64,000 nucleotides of DNA from Cycas panzhihuaensis (lineage: Eukaryota > Plantae > Cycadophyta), in contig CM041465.1 in the NCBI GenBank assembly GCA_023213395.1, positions 204,917,741-204,981,740 of the forward strand, in the 5' to 3' direction. The position numbers and the translations under genes were made by a program. The notes beneath the pieces were generated by a model, which was given only the letters and a program-made list of their open reading frames with translations, was not told the origin of the DNA and did no database searches. Shown piece by piece: positions 1-14,245 of this stretch (positions are counted from its first letter, which is position 1; each line of letters opens with the position of its first letter).

Positions 1-1882
1 TAACTAGTATCACCATTTGGATCATAAATAATGCCCCAACTATCTTCTTTATAGGCACCATAGGCTATACCTAAAAAGGTGAAGTTTATACAAGGGGAAA
101 AGATATTGAATGAAGTTTTATTAGTTCCAACTATTATTAATAAAGGGGACAATACATAAGAAAAAAAAACTACCCAAGTTGTGGTAGAAGGGAGCTAGGT
201 GGTTTATTAGATGGACATTCCAAACACCTCAATGCTAGTTGAGGTGGTTTCCTAAAACTTAGAAGGTATTGTAATTCAAGCAATAATGTCTAGTGAGAAA
301 GCTAGAAACTTGACACTTAGAGAAGTGAGATTTTCACTAGAGTAAGCTGAGATTGTACTTGATACAACACTTCTATAGCAGGTAATTAGAGTAGACTGAA
401 ACCCTTGCTTATGATGATATATAATAAAAGGATACATATACCTAAGAAGCCCCATAACCTAAGGAGATAATAAAACAATTGGTTTACTTTCCCTTATAAA
501 TACAAAATTAAGCATAATTATAGATGACACAATTATAGATAATAAATAGTATCCCTTAACAACACACACAAGCTGGCTAGATTTAAGGGGATGGAGAAGA
601 CCAATTATTTGCATTAGATCTCTAGGGTGAGGAGTAGATGAAGGCTTAAAGGTTAATTAAAAAAGAAGCCTAAGCACTAACCATTGATAAAACAACTAAA
701 AAAAACCTTTATTAGTGGAGAAACGAAGATGAAGTATTGCAAAAAACTATGGTCAAGGGTAAGAAGTAGGTAAAGATTATTTCATGGTCTATGCAGGATG
801 ACTTTACAATTGGACCTATAGAATTATACATGACCATTGAGGAGATTATAAGAGATAAGGTGAATTACCTCTAACCATGATTGCAATATATGATATAGGA
901 GAATGAAGAGTTAAGAATAGAGAATTTGGCCTCAAATACAAAGATGAATCACTTAACTCAACCATGGGAAAAGTTAGTTATGTAACTTTTATTATCTTGG
1001 GCTATAAAGGAAGTGGAGAAGATGTAGAGAAACATAATTGAGGATTAAAAGGATATGTAGGATATAGAAGTTATAATGGAAATATATATTGAATATGGCA
1101 AACAAATGGCTTCTAAGCTATAGGACTTTATAAACTAGCTATTGAATCTCAGGCATAGATAAACTAGAATTGAATTAATCTCTAATACAATATAAGCTAC
1201 CTTTAAGTAAGAGTTATAGGAGTCAAGCCCTTTTTATAGTTTTAAATAGAGGGTGGCCACACTTGGGGCTTAAGGTAGCCCAACAAGGTTATTTATTCAA
1301 AGGTGGCAACATATACTAGGTGTAAACATTACCAAGATTGGAAGAGTAGTAGGGGAGGTTAAGGAGCTAAAGAATGCTCTAGTTGAACCTTTATATTTTC
1401 ATCTACTCTCTCTAATAAAGGGGAACATTACCCTTTTCTTAGAGGAAGAGGAATTATTGAGTAAGGAGGAATTCATTAAAAAATTAGAAGTTGACACAAA
1501 AGAGGCCTTAGGTAAATTTACCTTTAATTAGGAAGTTGAGCCCAACAAGTAGGCTTTGCAGATAAATAATTGGGCATCCTAACACACATGCCTCTAAATT
1601 TTGATAAACATAAAAAAAGGTCAACTAATCATAATTAGAGTTGAAGTTTATAGGTATGGGGCTAATAGATAGCTAGTTAACCCATAATTGATCCCTTAAT
1701 TCAAGTAAGAATTAACAAACATAGAGGGAGGACCATCAATAAGTCAGTAAGTAGAGGTTAGCCTAGGGAACTAAGGGGTGGGCCCAATACTCATAAACTT
1801 AGATAATCAACATATTAGATTTTAAAAATTGGCCATTTAAGGAAGCAAATTAGTTGATCAAATAACATATCTACTTAAAATA
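1..1882. other. Highly degenerate, CpG-depleted repeat-derived DNA, family not assignable
   Basis: Almost no CG dinucleotides, no ORF, no recognisable domain. It probably continues after the insertion at 6099. Confidence 0.4.
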
Positions 1883-2272
1883 TGTTAGGCGTAATACCCA
1901 ATTACATATCTATCCCTATTTTACACTCTCTCTAGTATTATTTATATTTTATATTTGAGGTCTTCTTGGGTTGTGTGCTATATAGAAATGTGTGCTAACC
2001 CACAAGAAGTTGATCATTGAGGGTTCTCACATATGTGGTGAGTTGTACTATAAGCATATACGTCATCTTTTTTCTACTTAGAAGTTTGATCATTCTTCCA
2101 TTTCATTGTGTTAACATGTATATGCTTCATCATTCATGTGCCTTATTGTTTATTCATTCACTCACCCACTTTGTTTATTATGTTCATAACTAATTTACAT
2201 TCAAACATGGTATTAGAGCTTCATCCTATTTTCCAACATTTGGTATTAGATCTGTAATTCTATTTTCCAACA
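1883..2272 (+). repeat. 5' LTR containing two embedded PBS copies
   Basis: Direct repeat of 5711-6098; TGTTAG...CCAACA. Confidence 0.85.
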
Positions 2273-3483
2273 TTTAGTATTAAAGACCAAGATTCAATCC
2301 TTAAGGATAATGTTTTATAGCCTATTTTTTAGTTTTTTTTAGAGCTTTGTCTATGCTATGAGGAAATAATTATGTGCTTGATTAGTGAATTATTTTTTAT
2401 CCATTTAAAGGATTATTTCCAATATATTTGAAGCTTGATCCTATTGTATTTTATGCACATTTATAAGATTATTTTTACTATTATTTAAGATATATTTGGC
2501 GTAATTTAACCATTATTTTTAAGTCATTTTAAGGGATTATTTTGATGTTGTTATGAAGGTATTTTGTATCCTGTATAAAGTTGTTAAAATGACAATTTTT
2601 TTGATGTTATTATAAGGTTATTTTAAAGCCTATTTGGAGTTACAAAAAGGGTTATTTGAAGCCTATTTCAAAATAAGTATGAAGGTTATTTTTGAAGCTA
2701 CTAAATAAAACCTTTTTAAAGTGTTGCAGAAATTAAAGTAGAAAGACACCAATTGTAGGCTTGATCACCCTATAGATGATGTGACTCAGCTATCAAAAAA
2801 TAAAGATTTTATGATAGATTTTTAGCCTCAATCTAGAGGCCTTTATAAGTGTCCTATTATAAGTATCTTCTACTAGATTTGAGGCCCTAGAATATTGAAA
2901 AATATTTTGACTATTAGCTTATTCTTCATGCATGGTATTTGTACACCAAAAAATAAATCACACACATATGATACATGTGTCAATTTCTTCTAAGTCCTTT
3001 TTTCAAAAAAAAAAAAAAAAGCTTCTATGAGTGTCTAATAGATGTACATTTCTATATAAAAATATTATTGAGTGTTTATGGTATAGTCTCTTAGAGCCTA
3101 TAAGTTTTGTCCTTCATTTTCCTACTTCAGTGTTTATGGGAGTCATATTATTTTTTGTTAACCAACTTGTGCCAGTTCTACAAAGGGATAATTTGCTTGG
3201 TTATCATCGTTTATATCTCAAATATTTGTCTATGGTTTGTTTTATTATATGGAGCGCTAGCTAATCTTGCTTTATCTACTTATGTTAGTCCATGATAGGG
3301 CTATCCACCTCCTTTTATGTAGTCAATTAATAAAGGCATTTGAGGCCCTAACCATTTATATAATATTGGTACTAAACCTATTGACTTTAACCCATTATAT
3401 CTTTGTCTTTGACATGTTTTAAAGTTGAGTTTCATTATCTTTTAAAGCCTCAAGTGCCATTCAGTCTATTACAAGTCTACATG

Positions 3484-4300
3484 TCACATATGTGTCTTAA
3501 TTATAATGTGTGAGGAAATATTTTGATCCTTATTAACCAGTCCCATTACCCTTACTTGTTGTTGAAGAATACTTAGATGTAAAAACCCCATACACTTGAA
3601 CTTACAATGAGAAGTTGATGGCCGATATATATAATAATGAAGACACCTCAAGAAACAAATCACTCTCCTTTGAATGGAATATCTACCTTCGAATCTGAGC
3701 CACCTACCCACATGGACAACCATCGTGCCAGTTTGGAAAAAAGCAATTGCCAAGAAGATGAAGGGAAAATCCTTACCATTCTCTGTAAGTAAGGTGTAGG
3801 GGGGAGTGATGAGATTGAATAATGAATTGTGTGCTTCTACTTACTACATACTAGTATGAAGGCACCAATAAGTAGGTACAAAATAGTTACAATTATTAAT
3901 CAACTCTATTATACACTTACTCCATAACATATAATGGTCCATCAATGGAGGAAAAAACCATAATCATTCTATTAATAATGGATTGCGTCTGGTTCTCTCA
4001 CAACTAGATGTTAACCCAAAGCAATGCACAGAGCCTTTTCCAAACATAATACACAACAAGTATTTAATAATGCACAGGCGTATGGTACTCTATGATTAGG
4101 AATTACCCATATGCACACACACATTCCCAAAAAACTTCTATATTTATTCCTTTTCCACATCTTGGAAGTAATTACAATTCTATGGTTGGTTATAATCGCT
4201 CCCACCCAAAATATTGACTTCTAATCATTGATTGCTTCCTAATGTGATCACTTTATTTTTCATTACAGTCACCTAGTTATAACCATCTTCTATCAATCAC
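3484..4300 (+). mobile_element. Degenerate Gypsy 3' end (integrase C-terminal/chromodomain-like remnant, PPT, LTR) nested inside the first element
   Basis: PPT AGGGGGGAG is followed by TGATGAG at about 3807. Upstream translation weakly resembles the integrase GPY and chromodomain region. The right end is uncertain. Confidence 0.35.
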
Positions 4301-5179
4301 TATGATTTCTCAGCACACACAAATACCTAAGGTTTGTCCAAAATAAACAACAAAGGAAGATAAATAATGTAGGAAAGAAATTTCCCCTCACTGGCAAAGC
4401 CGCATGCATTGAGCCACAATAGGATTAACATAGTCAATCAAAGTGGTAAGTAACACAAGCAGTTAAACCACCTCCAATTCTTGTAAGAGTGATAATGATG
4501 AAAAGATAAATTCAAAACCCTAATACAATGCCATTTTTTGGAAAATTAAAAAAAAAGTTTAAAGTTCAAAACTAAATTTAATTATTTTTTATGGTGATTT
4601 CAAATCTACACAGATGTTAAATTCATTAGGTGAGATTTGATTTTTTTCACAAAATCAAAATTTTATTTAATTAAATTTGATATTTGTTGAAGTCTACAAC
4701 CCTCTTTACATTAGCCCCATGGTCATATGAAGCCATCTATAGGACCACTCACTAGTCAACAAAAGGGGATAAACTCCTAATTTTTTTTTTTAGGAGTCAT
4801 TGTCAATGTTTTGACTATAACTTGAGCAAACAAGCTCCTTTTTTAATCTCATTAGTTGTGTTAGGTTTCTGACTTATTTTAGCAGTGCACTTGATATCAT
4901 TTAGAGTTGATATGATGTAGATATTTTAACTCAAAGTTAAAAGTTTTTTTTAAACATTATTTTTCATCATTTTTTTAGCATTTTAAAACATAAACATATA
5001 TTTGCTAAGGTTCCATATCATTTATTATAATTTATTTTATATATATATATATTTTAGGCTTTAAAGAACCCATATTTATAAAAAGATCATTAAAATTTAT
5101 CATTTGAGAGAGTCATTCACAATGTATTTGAGTCACATATTCTTTTAGTCATATTTATAACATTTATTATTGGATATTT

Positions 5180-5340
5180 TAGCCTATAGTGGCATGTTAT
5201 AGCCCATAAAAGCATGATTATAGTCCAGTGAGGCATGATTTAGAGCCTATAATGGCATGTAATAGCCCATTAAGGCATGATTTATAACCCATAGAGGTAA
5301 ATTTGAGGCCATAGTGCCATTATAAAGCCTTAGAGCCATT
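5180..5340 (+). repeat. Degenerate 20-22 bp tandem minisatellite (TAGCCYAT..GGCATG..)
   Basis: Units start at about 5180, 5200, 5221, 5243, 5263, 5285 and 5306. Confidence 0.7.
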
Positions 5341-5710
5341 TGTTTTTAGTTGTTATAATCAAAGAAGCTACTTGTTTTGTCCCAATGTAAGTAGGAAGTG
5401 GGATCTCTTTTTTCAACTACTCTTCCATATTTCTTCATCAACTTACTGTTCAACCACGTAAAATGGCATGTTCTTAGGGTATAGTTGATTTGGCATTGAT
5501 TGTACTACATACATGAAAGAATATCATATTTAACCAATAGGCACAATGACTAGTTACCCATGTGGTCTAGCAGATGAAGTGTACTTTATTTAGATATCAG
5601 TAACAAATTATATCATTGCAGAAGCTTATGTTCATGCATTTATTTTAAAACACATATTTGTATCTTTGATGTGATATTTCATTTTTTGTAATTATCTATT
5701 ATAGGAAGGA

Positions 5711-6098
5711 TGTTAGGTGTAATACCCATTTGCATATCTATCTCTATTTACACTCTCTTTAAGATTATTTGTATTTTATATTTAAGGTCTTCTTGAGTTG
5801 TGTTCTACATGGAAATATGTGCTAGCCCATAACAAGTTGATCATTGAGGGTTCTCACATATGTGGTGAGCTATACTATAAGTATGCACATCATCTTCTTT
5901 CTAATTAGAAGTTTGGACATTCTCTTATTTCACTGTGTTAACATGTATACGCTTCATTATTCTTGTACCTTATTATTTATTTATTCACTTACCAATTTTG
6001 TCTATTATGTTTATAGCTAATTTACATTCCAACATGGCATCATAACTTCATCCTATTTTCCAACATTTGGTATCATATATGTGATTTATTTTCTAACA
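5711..6098 (+). repeat. 3' LTR
   Basis: Direct repeat of 1883-2272, preceded by a PPT. Confidence 0.85.
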
Positions 6099-6481
6099 AA
6101 ATTAATGCACCTATTACTACTTTGTCAACCATAAATAAGCAAAGTAATTCAAATGTAAATGGATAAGAAGCAAATTCATGTTGTGTATACCAACCACCCT
6201 CATTATTTACCAACAAATTAGTTGGATGTATTAATACCTCAACCTCTGGTAGATGAGTATGGAGGGATGTAAAAAGAAAAAAGATAAATAAATAAAGACT
6301 AAACTCTTATTTAGCCTTACTAGTATACTCTACCATCTAAAGTTTTATTTCCTTCCTTCCCCCTATTCAATCCTACATTAATCTAATTGTAGGATCTAAT
6401 GGTATGTTATCTCTCTCAAGTATACATTTAGCATAAGTAAACCCATGTGAAAATCTTAGGTCATAAGTAGAAGCTCAAAGA

Positions 6482-7370
6482 TGTAGAAAATTAATGTGTA
6501 CACATTCAATAAAAGAATTGAGAAAAAACTCAAACTAATTATTCTTAAATAAGGTCGAATATGTAGATATAAATAACCATAATCAAAGTTATTACACAAC
6601 ATAATATCAACCACGTAACAACTTAAGCCACTAATTAAACGTTAGATAAATTCCTAATGAGCCCTTTTACATAATTAAACATTTGTACTCTAACATTCTT
6701 ATGTAATGTTTAATTTTATAACATCAAAAAAACTATACCAATCTAATTACCTATTCGAGAAAATAACCCCTATTACTCTAACACATCATCAACTAAATTA
6801 TATTACTTCATTTGATTTTGCTTATGCTTCATTCTTGAAAATGTTGTTGATGCCCCTATAACGGTGTCATTATCTACTAGAACACATTAGTAACTAGCAT
6901 CTATAATTACCAACATTCTAGGAAATCCCTTCACATATGCAATTTACCAACAATTTATTAGATCTTCTTCTGGGTTTCTTCTTAACCTTTTAAAGTCACA
7001 CTAACTAATGTATATCTTAAGAGTAATCCAAATAACTTAACTAAATAGATACCGACCCATGAATAACTCAAGCACAACACAAGAGTAACTATAATGTTGA
7101 TCTTGCCTCTTATTTTATAAAATTTAGCATTGAATATTTGACTGAAATACAATTAACAATACTATCAACAACTTCTTTAAGGTAAAACATATAACAACAA
7201 ATAACCCTTTACTTAGGGTTTATTACATAGGTTTACATTTTAGACAATACCTTGACTATCATAACCAAACTTAAAAAACACAATTCTTGCTAACATAGGG
7301 GTTATGGAAAACTTCAAGCTATATATAACTACAATCATCTCTTACTTCTCAAGTTCTTAATTTTAAAAAG
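6482..7370 (-). mobile_element. Very degenerate Copia RT/RNase H remnant with 3' LTR remnant (about 6482-6693)
   Basis: Minus-strand traces of the NPVFHERSKHI-like and KPVSTPM-like motifs. The LTR boundary ACTCTAACA resembles that at 58317. Confidence 0.45.
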
Positions 7371-7639
7371 AATATAACCATTAACTTTAGTTAAGAGTTT
7401 TGTATTTTGAATCTATTTTGTTCGTGGATTTTTGGGTGTGGTAGATGTGACTAGTTAGGTTTTATTCATTGGTAGGGTTTGATTTAGTTCTTGCCTATGG
7501 ATGCTTTAGATTCATCCTCCCATAAGGAAGGTGAGTCCTTACCCCTGCATCCTATACAAGTAATGAGGGAGAAGAAGTGGCCCATCACACAAGGTGCCTT
7601 TATTAAGTCTAAGATGTGTAATCCTTATATTATGCTTAA

Positions 7640-8090
7640 CTCAAGTATTTTCTTTAAGGATTTTAGTTCTTTAGCTATGGGAGGAATGATTTATCTATTT
7701 TTTAACCTCTAGTTAATTTTGAAAGGTTTGAACTTGTGGATTTATACCAACTAGGTTCCTCTTATCTCTCAGGAACCTAAAATTTATAACATAAGTAGTG
7801 GATTGTTCATTATTATATTCAAAAGTGCTCATGGTAAGGATATAATCTTAAAAAGGGGCCCTTAGTTTATGGCACATAGTGCCCTATTCATGAAATATTA
7901 GAACCCATATTTTGACTCAAGGCAAGAAATTTCAAACACCTTTCTTAAGTGGGACAAGCTAACTTTCCTTCCTTTATATTTATGGAGTGAGAAATCCTTT
8001 GAGGCTAATGGATTATCCATTAGGCAATTTTTAAGGATAGTAGAGGTAACCACCTAATAAAGGGTCATATCATTTACACACGTATATGTT
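7640..8090 (+). pseudogene. L1-clade LINE ORF1 fragment (DUF4283-type)
   Basis: Translation SGLFIIIFKSAHGKDIILKRGP*FMAHSALFMKY*NPYFD...KWDKLTFLPLYLWSEKSFEANGLSIRQFLRI matches the GPW..W.P.FD..W..LP..LW....F..IG pattern of plant L1 ORF1. Confidence 0.7.
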
Positions 8091-9832
8091 TGTTGAAGCT
8101 AGAAGATAGAGTAGGTTGCATAAGTTTAAGCCATTGTTATAAGAATTAGTCAATCTCCAAATAATAAGGGTAGTATTAAAAAACATCAAGGAGGTACTCC
8201 CCATGTATAAATAGAATTTGGGGAGGTGGGAGACTGCCTCAACCTAACATTAATGGAAAATTCAAAAAATAATAAAATAAACCACAAAACTTACCTTGTC
8301 AGTTAGCGGGCGACTTGAGGTAGCTCCTGTTCGGCTGGTGGTGGCCCACAACTTCCTGAGGTGCCTCTTGCACATTTGTCTAAATAATGGACATTATTCA
8401 TTCTCCCCCATAATGTCCATTGTGTAATACTCCAAGTTTGTCTCTGAACTTATGGAACTTGATTTTCCTAATGGCTTTGTGAAGATATCAGTTGTTTAGT
8501 CTTCTATGCTATAATATACCAACTGAATCTCACCTATTTAGACTAATTCTCAATTGAAGTGATGTTGGGTTTCAATGTGCTTAGTTCTACCATAAAAGAT
8601 TAGATTCTGAGACATCTAAATGGTGCTTTGATTGTCACACCAAATCTTAGTTGGCCCTTTTTGTTCCATCTAAAGATCTTAAAGGAGTCGTCGTAACCAT
8701 GCTATTTCACATGCCCCTAAATCTACTGCTTTGTACTCTGCTTCTATTGTAGATAGGGAAATCGTATTATGTTTCTTAGTACTCCATGTTATAACTATTA
8801 AACCCAAATTGAATGTATATCCTGAAGTAGATTTCCTATCATCAATATCTCTTGCCTAATATGAATCTGTATATGCAGTTAACCTAAAGTTTAGTGAAGT
8901 TTTATAATGCAACCCATATTCTATTATACCATTTAAGTATCATAAGATCCTCTTGGTTGCTTGCCAATAAGTGGACTTGGGATCTTACATGAATCTTGAC
9001 ACTACACTGACTGCATATATAATGTTTGGCCATGTTGATGTTAAATAAATCATGCCACTAATTAATTATTTATATAGTGTAAGATCCACTCGTGCAGAAT
9101 CATCAAGTTTAGATAGCTTGATCCCAACTTCAACAGGTGTGGCTAGGGCTTTACAATCATTTATCTTGAGCTTTTGGAGTAAGTCCAAGATATACTTTCT
9201 TTGGGAAATGAAAATACCATCTTCATCTTGCCACACTTCCACACCTAAGAAGTAATGCATCAAGCCCAAATCTATCATTTCAAACTCCTTACATATATCT
9301 TCCTTAAATTTCTATGAAAGATGGGAGTCATTTCTTGTGTAGACAAGATCATCTACATAAAGTCCCACTATTAGGATGGAGTCTCATTTGATCTTGATGT
9401 ATAAATTTAGATCTGATTGGGTTCTTTCAAATCCTTGGTCTCTAAAGTATTTATCGATTTGGGAGCACCATGCCCTGGGTGCTTGTTTTAGTCTATAAAG
9501 TGTCTTTTTTAGCTTGTAGACTTTGTCTTCTTTCTCCCTGACTTTGAAACCTTTAGGCTAATGGACATAAATGTCTTCTTCAATATACCCATTAAGAAAT
9601 GCACTTTTAACATCCATTTGGTAAACATCCCATCTCTTTTGGGTAGCCAAACTCAACATCATGTAAACAGTCTCTATGCATGCAACATGAGCAAATCTAA
9701 ACTTTTGCTACGAGTTTGGCATTATGTTTATTAATTGATCCATCAAATCTAAACTTGGTCTTATAAGCCCATTTGGTACCAATGGTCTTTTTATTGGGAG
9801 GAAGGTCAACTAGTTCCCATGTATCATTTTTT
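8091..9832 (-). mobile_element. Copia element A, 3' part: RT + RNase H pseudogene, PPT and 3' LTR (8091-8400)
   Basis: KNDTWELVDLP, YVDDL, DLGLMHYFLGVEV and TDIFTKA motifs with stops. PPT TGGGGGAGAA at 8401-8410, LTR bounded by TG...CA. Confidence 0.85.
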
Positions 9833-12800
9833 AAACTTCACCTTTTGCAGTGGTTTGGTGAAGATATCGACCACTTGATCTGCTGTGGGGCAGTATTCTA
9901 GTTAAATTATGCCGTCATGAACGAGTTCTCTAATCCTGTGGACTTTCGTACTTATGTATTTGGTACAATCGTAAAATACAGGATTTTTTGCCATGCAAAT
10001 TACTGATTGATTATCCATATGAAGACTCATAGGACTTGCTTGGGTGATATTCAATGTTTCCAATAATTTTCTCAGCCATATCACCTCTTTATTGGTCTAA
10101 GAAGAAGCAATGTATTCAACTTCGATAGTTGAATCTGCAACTATCTTCTGCCATTTAGATCTCCATGATATTGGTGTTGTTCCAAGAAATGTTACATACC
10201 CAGATGTAGATCTTCATGTATCTTTATCTCCTGCAAAGTCTGAGTCTGTGTATGTACAAAGCTTGAGGTCTGAATTAGGTTCATACAATAGACCATATTT
10301 GCTGGTCATCTTAAGGTATCTCAACACTCTCACTGTTGTTTGCTAATGATTCTGCTTAGGATTTATCATATAACAAGCAAGAATGCTGACAGAGTGTGCA
10401 ATATCTGGCCTTGTATTAGTAGTGTAGATAAGACTACCTACAAGTTTCCTGTAGAGTGTTGTGTCTGCCTCCCTAGTGTTACCTTTAGCTGAGAGTTTAG
10501 TATTAGGGTCCATAGGTAACATCACCGATCGAGCATCTTCTAACTGAAACTTGGTTAGAAGATCATTTATGTATTTTTCTTGAGAGAGAAAAAAATTTTC
10601 ATTCTTTTATATTACTTCAATTCCCAAGTAATATTTCATCAAACTGAGGTCAGACAATTCGAATGTTTTGCCAAGGTCTTTTTTTAGCTAGCTTATTGTC
10701 TATTCACTATTACCTGTTACTAGCATGTCATCTATAAAGATTATGAGATAAGTGACTTTATCCTTATGGTGCTTGATAAACAACGTTGCATCAATATCTT
10801 GGCAGTCACAAACCTCGTATCCAAGTTGCCTCATTCTTTTAGACAACTTAGCAAACTAAACATGAGAGGCTTGTTTAAGGCCATACAAGGACTTTTTAAG
10901 CCTACAAACCTTATGCTCTTAACCTTCGATCTCATATCCTTCTAGTTGAGCCACGTAAATTTCTTCTTCAAGATCTCCATTGAGAAACGTGGTCTTAATA
11001 TTGAGTTGGTGGATTTTCCAACCCTGTTGAGCAGCCAAGGCCATAAGAGTTCTAATTGTAGGCCACTTGGTTATAGGTGCAAAGACTTCAGTGTAGTCGA
11101 TGCCTTCCCTTTATATAAATCCTTTAGCTACTAGCCTTGCCTTATGTTTTTCAAGGGTGACGTTTGATCTATATTTATTTTTAAACACCCATTTATTTTG
11201 AACTACCTTTCTGCCAAGTGGTAGATCAATGAGCTCCCATGTATCATTCTTGATAAGAGATTGGTACTCTTTATTCATGGCATTTCTATAAGTTGTATGC
11301 TTTACAACTTCTTAGTACGTTAAGGGCTCTTCATTAAGAGTAAGGTACAGTTCTGTTAGTTTAAGCTCAGTATATAATGATTCCTGCATCCTTGCTCTAT
11401 GGGCACTTTGAGTGCCAGTTTTGCCCACCTCATCTGGTCGTATATCCTTATTGAGTTGGTGGGCTTCTCGAGATCCTCGAGTTGGGAATGATGTCCTCAT
11501 TTTCCTAACTTCTTAGTTCTCATCATATTCATTAAAATGATTATTTTATGAGGAGGATGTTAATGCACCTGAGGAAGATGGTCCTTCTACCACTGTTTTG
11601 CCTTTGTCAACTGAAGGTGGAGAGGATGATTCTTCTATAATGGATTTGCCTTTGTCAACTATACTATCTTCAAAAGATGGTGTTGGATGTGCACTCATCG
11701 GTTCAGGGTCACAACTTATATCCTCCAAGGCTCTATTATTGGCTTCCAACATTTGGAGTAATTTATGTTTGTCCCCCCCTTCCCAAATTTTGGAATCTGA
11801 ATATCATACTTGATAATATTATTATAGCGACATGAGGGTACTTTGGAGTCTAGTTTAAGTAACTGATCCTCTATCTCCGCAAAAATGACATCTCTGGTAA
11901 CGATGATATTTTGTTGTGAAGGTATGAAGACCTTATACCCTTTCTTATCCATAGGGTATCCAACAAAGATGCCTTTAAGTGCCCTTGGTTGGAGTTTATT
12001 TTGATCTTCATCCAGAATGTGGGCATAGCATGTAGAGCCAAAAATTTTAAAGTAATGAACAATGGGGGCTTGTCCTAACCACTTTTTATTATGTGATTGT
12101 ACTTCCTTTGATGGGCTAATAGCATTGACACAATAAACAATTGTCTAGATTACTTCAGCCCATATATAGGAAGGTACATTTTTGTATATTAACATAGCAC
12201 GAACCATGTTCATAATTATCCTGTTCATGCGCTCGACAACTCCATTTTGTTGTGGGGTACATGTTATTATTGTTTGATGCTTAATGTCATTATCTTGAAT
12301 GTAGCTTTCAAACTCATATGAGGTATATTCGCCACCATTATCAATTTGAAGACATTTAAGTTGATAACCTGACTCTTTTTCAGTGAGGGCTTTGAATTCC
12401 TTAAATATACGGAATGCTTCATCTTTCTTGTGTAGAAAAGCTACCCATACTTTTCTAGTGAAATCATCAATGAAAGAGATGTAATATAGCTTGCCCTTCA
12501 ATGAAGGAATGGGCATTGGCCCACATAAATCAGAGTGTACAAATTGTAATGGATGGATAGATTTCCACTGACTTTTGGAAAAGGGTTGTCGATGCGATTT
12601 GGCAATGATACAAGCTTCACATTTAAAGGGCTTAGAGGAAAACTTTGGAAGGTTTGGAAGAGTGTTAGAAAAATCTCTAAGTCTATCAATATAAACATGG
12701 CCCATGTGAGCATGCCAAAGAGCTTCTAGTGACAATGTTGGATGGGTCAAGATGGAATTAAATACAAATTCTTCATCGGCACAAGGGCTTTGGGCATAAT

Positions 12801-14245
12801 AGGCTTCAAAAGATGGAGAGCCATTCAGTCAAAAGAGTTTGCCAGAGAGATATTCAGTCAAAACCACCTAATTAGTTAGAGGGTGAATGACATGGAGAGT
12901 CTGGTCATTTGCAGTTACACTCTGATCAAATCCACAAGAGACAAGTATGGATAAGGGGAGTAGGTTTGGTTTGAGATTGGGTATGTATAAGACATCAAGT
13001 AATGTAAAATCTTCTAAGCTTGGGCATTTCAGGCGAATGTTGCCAATTCCATCAATAGGTTGTTGTGGTTTGTCAGCCATGTAAACAACTCCTTGAATAT
13101 TTGAGTTAAATGTTTGATATAGCCTGCGATTGCACATTATATATTGAGTTGCTCCTGTGTCTATGATCCACTGTCCATTGATTGAAGCCATACTATTGGC
13201 AATTCCAATAGGGCTTGGCATTGGTGAAGGGAATTCACAAGTGATATATCTACAGTGAGCTTCAAAGTATCTCTTTGGTTGGTCAATGGCATTTGATGCT
13301 AAAGATCCCTCAATTCTTTGAATATGTGCCTGTACAAAACCTGCACCACTAAAGGATTCTTCACAAGTTTCTTCAACATTGTGAGCTCCATGTTTTGGTT
13401 AGAACTTGGCCAACTTATAAGTGGTAGTTCTGCAATTTTTTGCTAAGTGTCCTTTACAGTTACACCGATCATACATAATAGTTTGATTACCAGTCCCTGA
13501 AGAGGTACTAGTTTAGCCTGACTGTCTTACTCTTTGTTGAGGTGGCCCTTGGCCTTGAGACTGTCGAGGTTGTGATTGAGGGTTTGATTGACCTTATGGA
13601 TGTTTTTCCATATTTCTTCCTTTTCCTCTTGCTCAATTATTTCCTCTGCCACGAGAGGGACTTTGATTTTTTGTGTAGTAAACTTCTTCTTCTACCTCAA
13701 AAGCAGCATTTGGAAGAGAGTCAAAGGCTACAAAGTTTGTATCAAAGGTCTTGTCAAATTCTGCATTAGGTCTTAAAGTCTTTGTCAATTACCTGTTTAA
13801 TTAGTCAAAGGAGATTTATTGTCTCATGAGCTCATCCCTTCTACATTTTTAATTTGTTCATTTTCAAAAAAAGATGAACAAATTCTAAATCTGACTTTGT
13901 ATCAAAGTTCTTTTTGAAAACTTCTAGGACCTTCCATGTTGTATCATGTTGCTTTTCATTTATGAAATTATGCAAGGAGTGATCAATGACCAACAAAATT
14001 CCTACACGAATCTTTGCATCATCTATCTCTCATTATAGTTTAGTTGTAGCATCTGTAGGAGCTATTGGGGTGAATCCACCGGAAGTAATTGTTGTAGTTG
14101 TTACTGGTATGCTAGGTGTAGGTTGTTAGTGGGCTCTCCAAAGGCCTTCATACTTTGTAACATTTTTAATTCTAATGTACTATAGATCCCAATTTTCTTT
14201 GCCTTTTAATATGCAGTTAACATTTTACTTGAATTGAGATGACAT
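9833..14245 (-). pseudogene. Copia B gag-pol pseudogene
   Basis: Protease WIIDTGAT, GAG-pre-integrase LWHAHMGH..C..C, integrase VHSDLCGP/IDDFTR/DNGGEY/PQQNGVVER, RT and RNase H (DIFTKPL); many stops. Confidence 0.9.

Larger units (their letters stand above)
1883..6098 (+). mobile_element. Old, internally deleted non-autonomous Copia-type LTR element
   Basis: LTR pair TG...CA at 1883-2272 and 5711-6098 (about 390 bp). Degenerate tRNA-iMet PBS at 2273-2288, PPT AGGAAGGA before 5711, imperfect TSD AAATA/AAATT. An integrase C-terminal remnant (about VKCMFLGYS, frameshifted) lies near 5455-5485. Confidence 0.8.

Noticed and set aside
3031-3295. Short hydrophobic ORFs here and throughout 33601-36439
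   Set aside because: Artefacts of T-rich composition or antisense shadows of decayed TE ORFs
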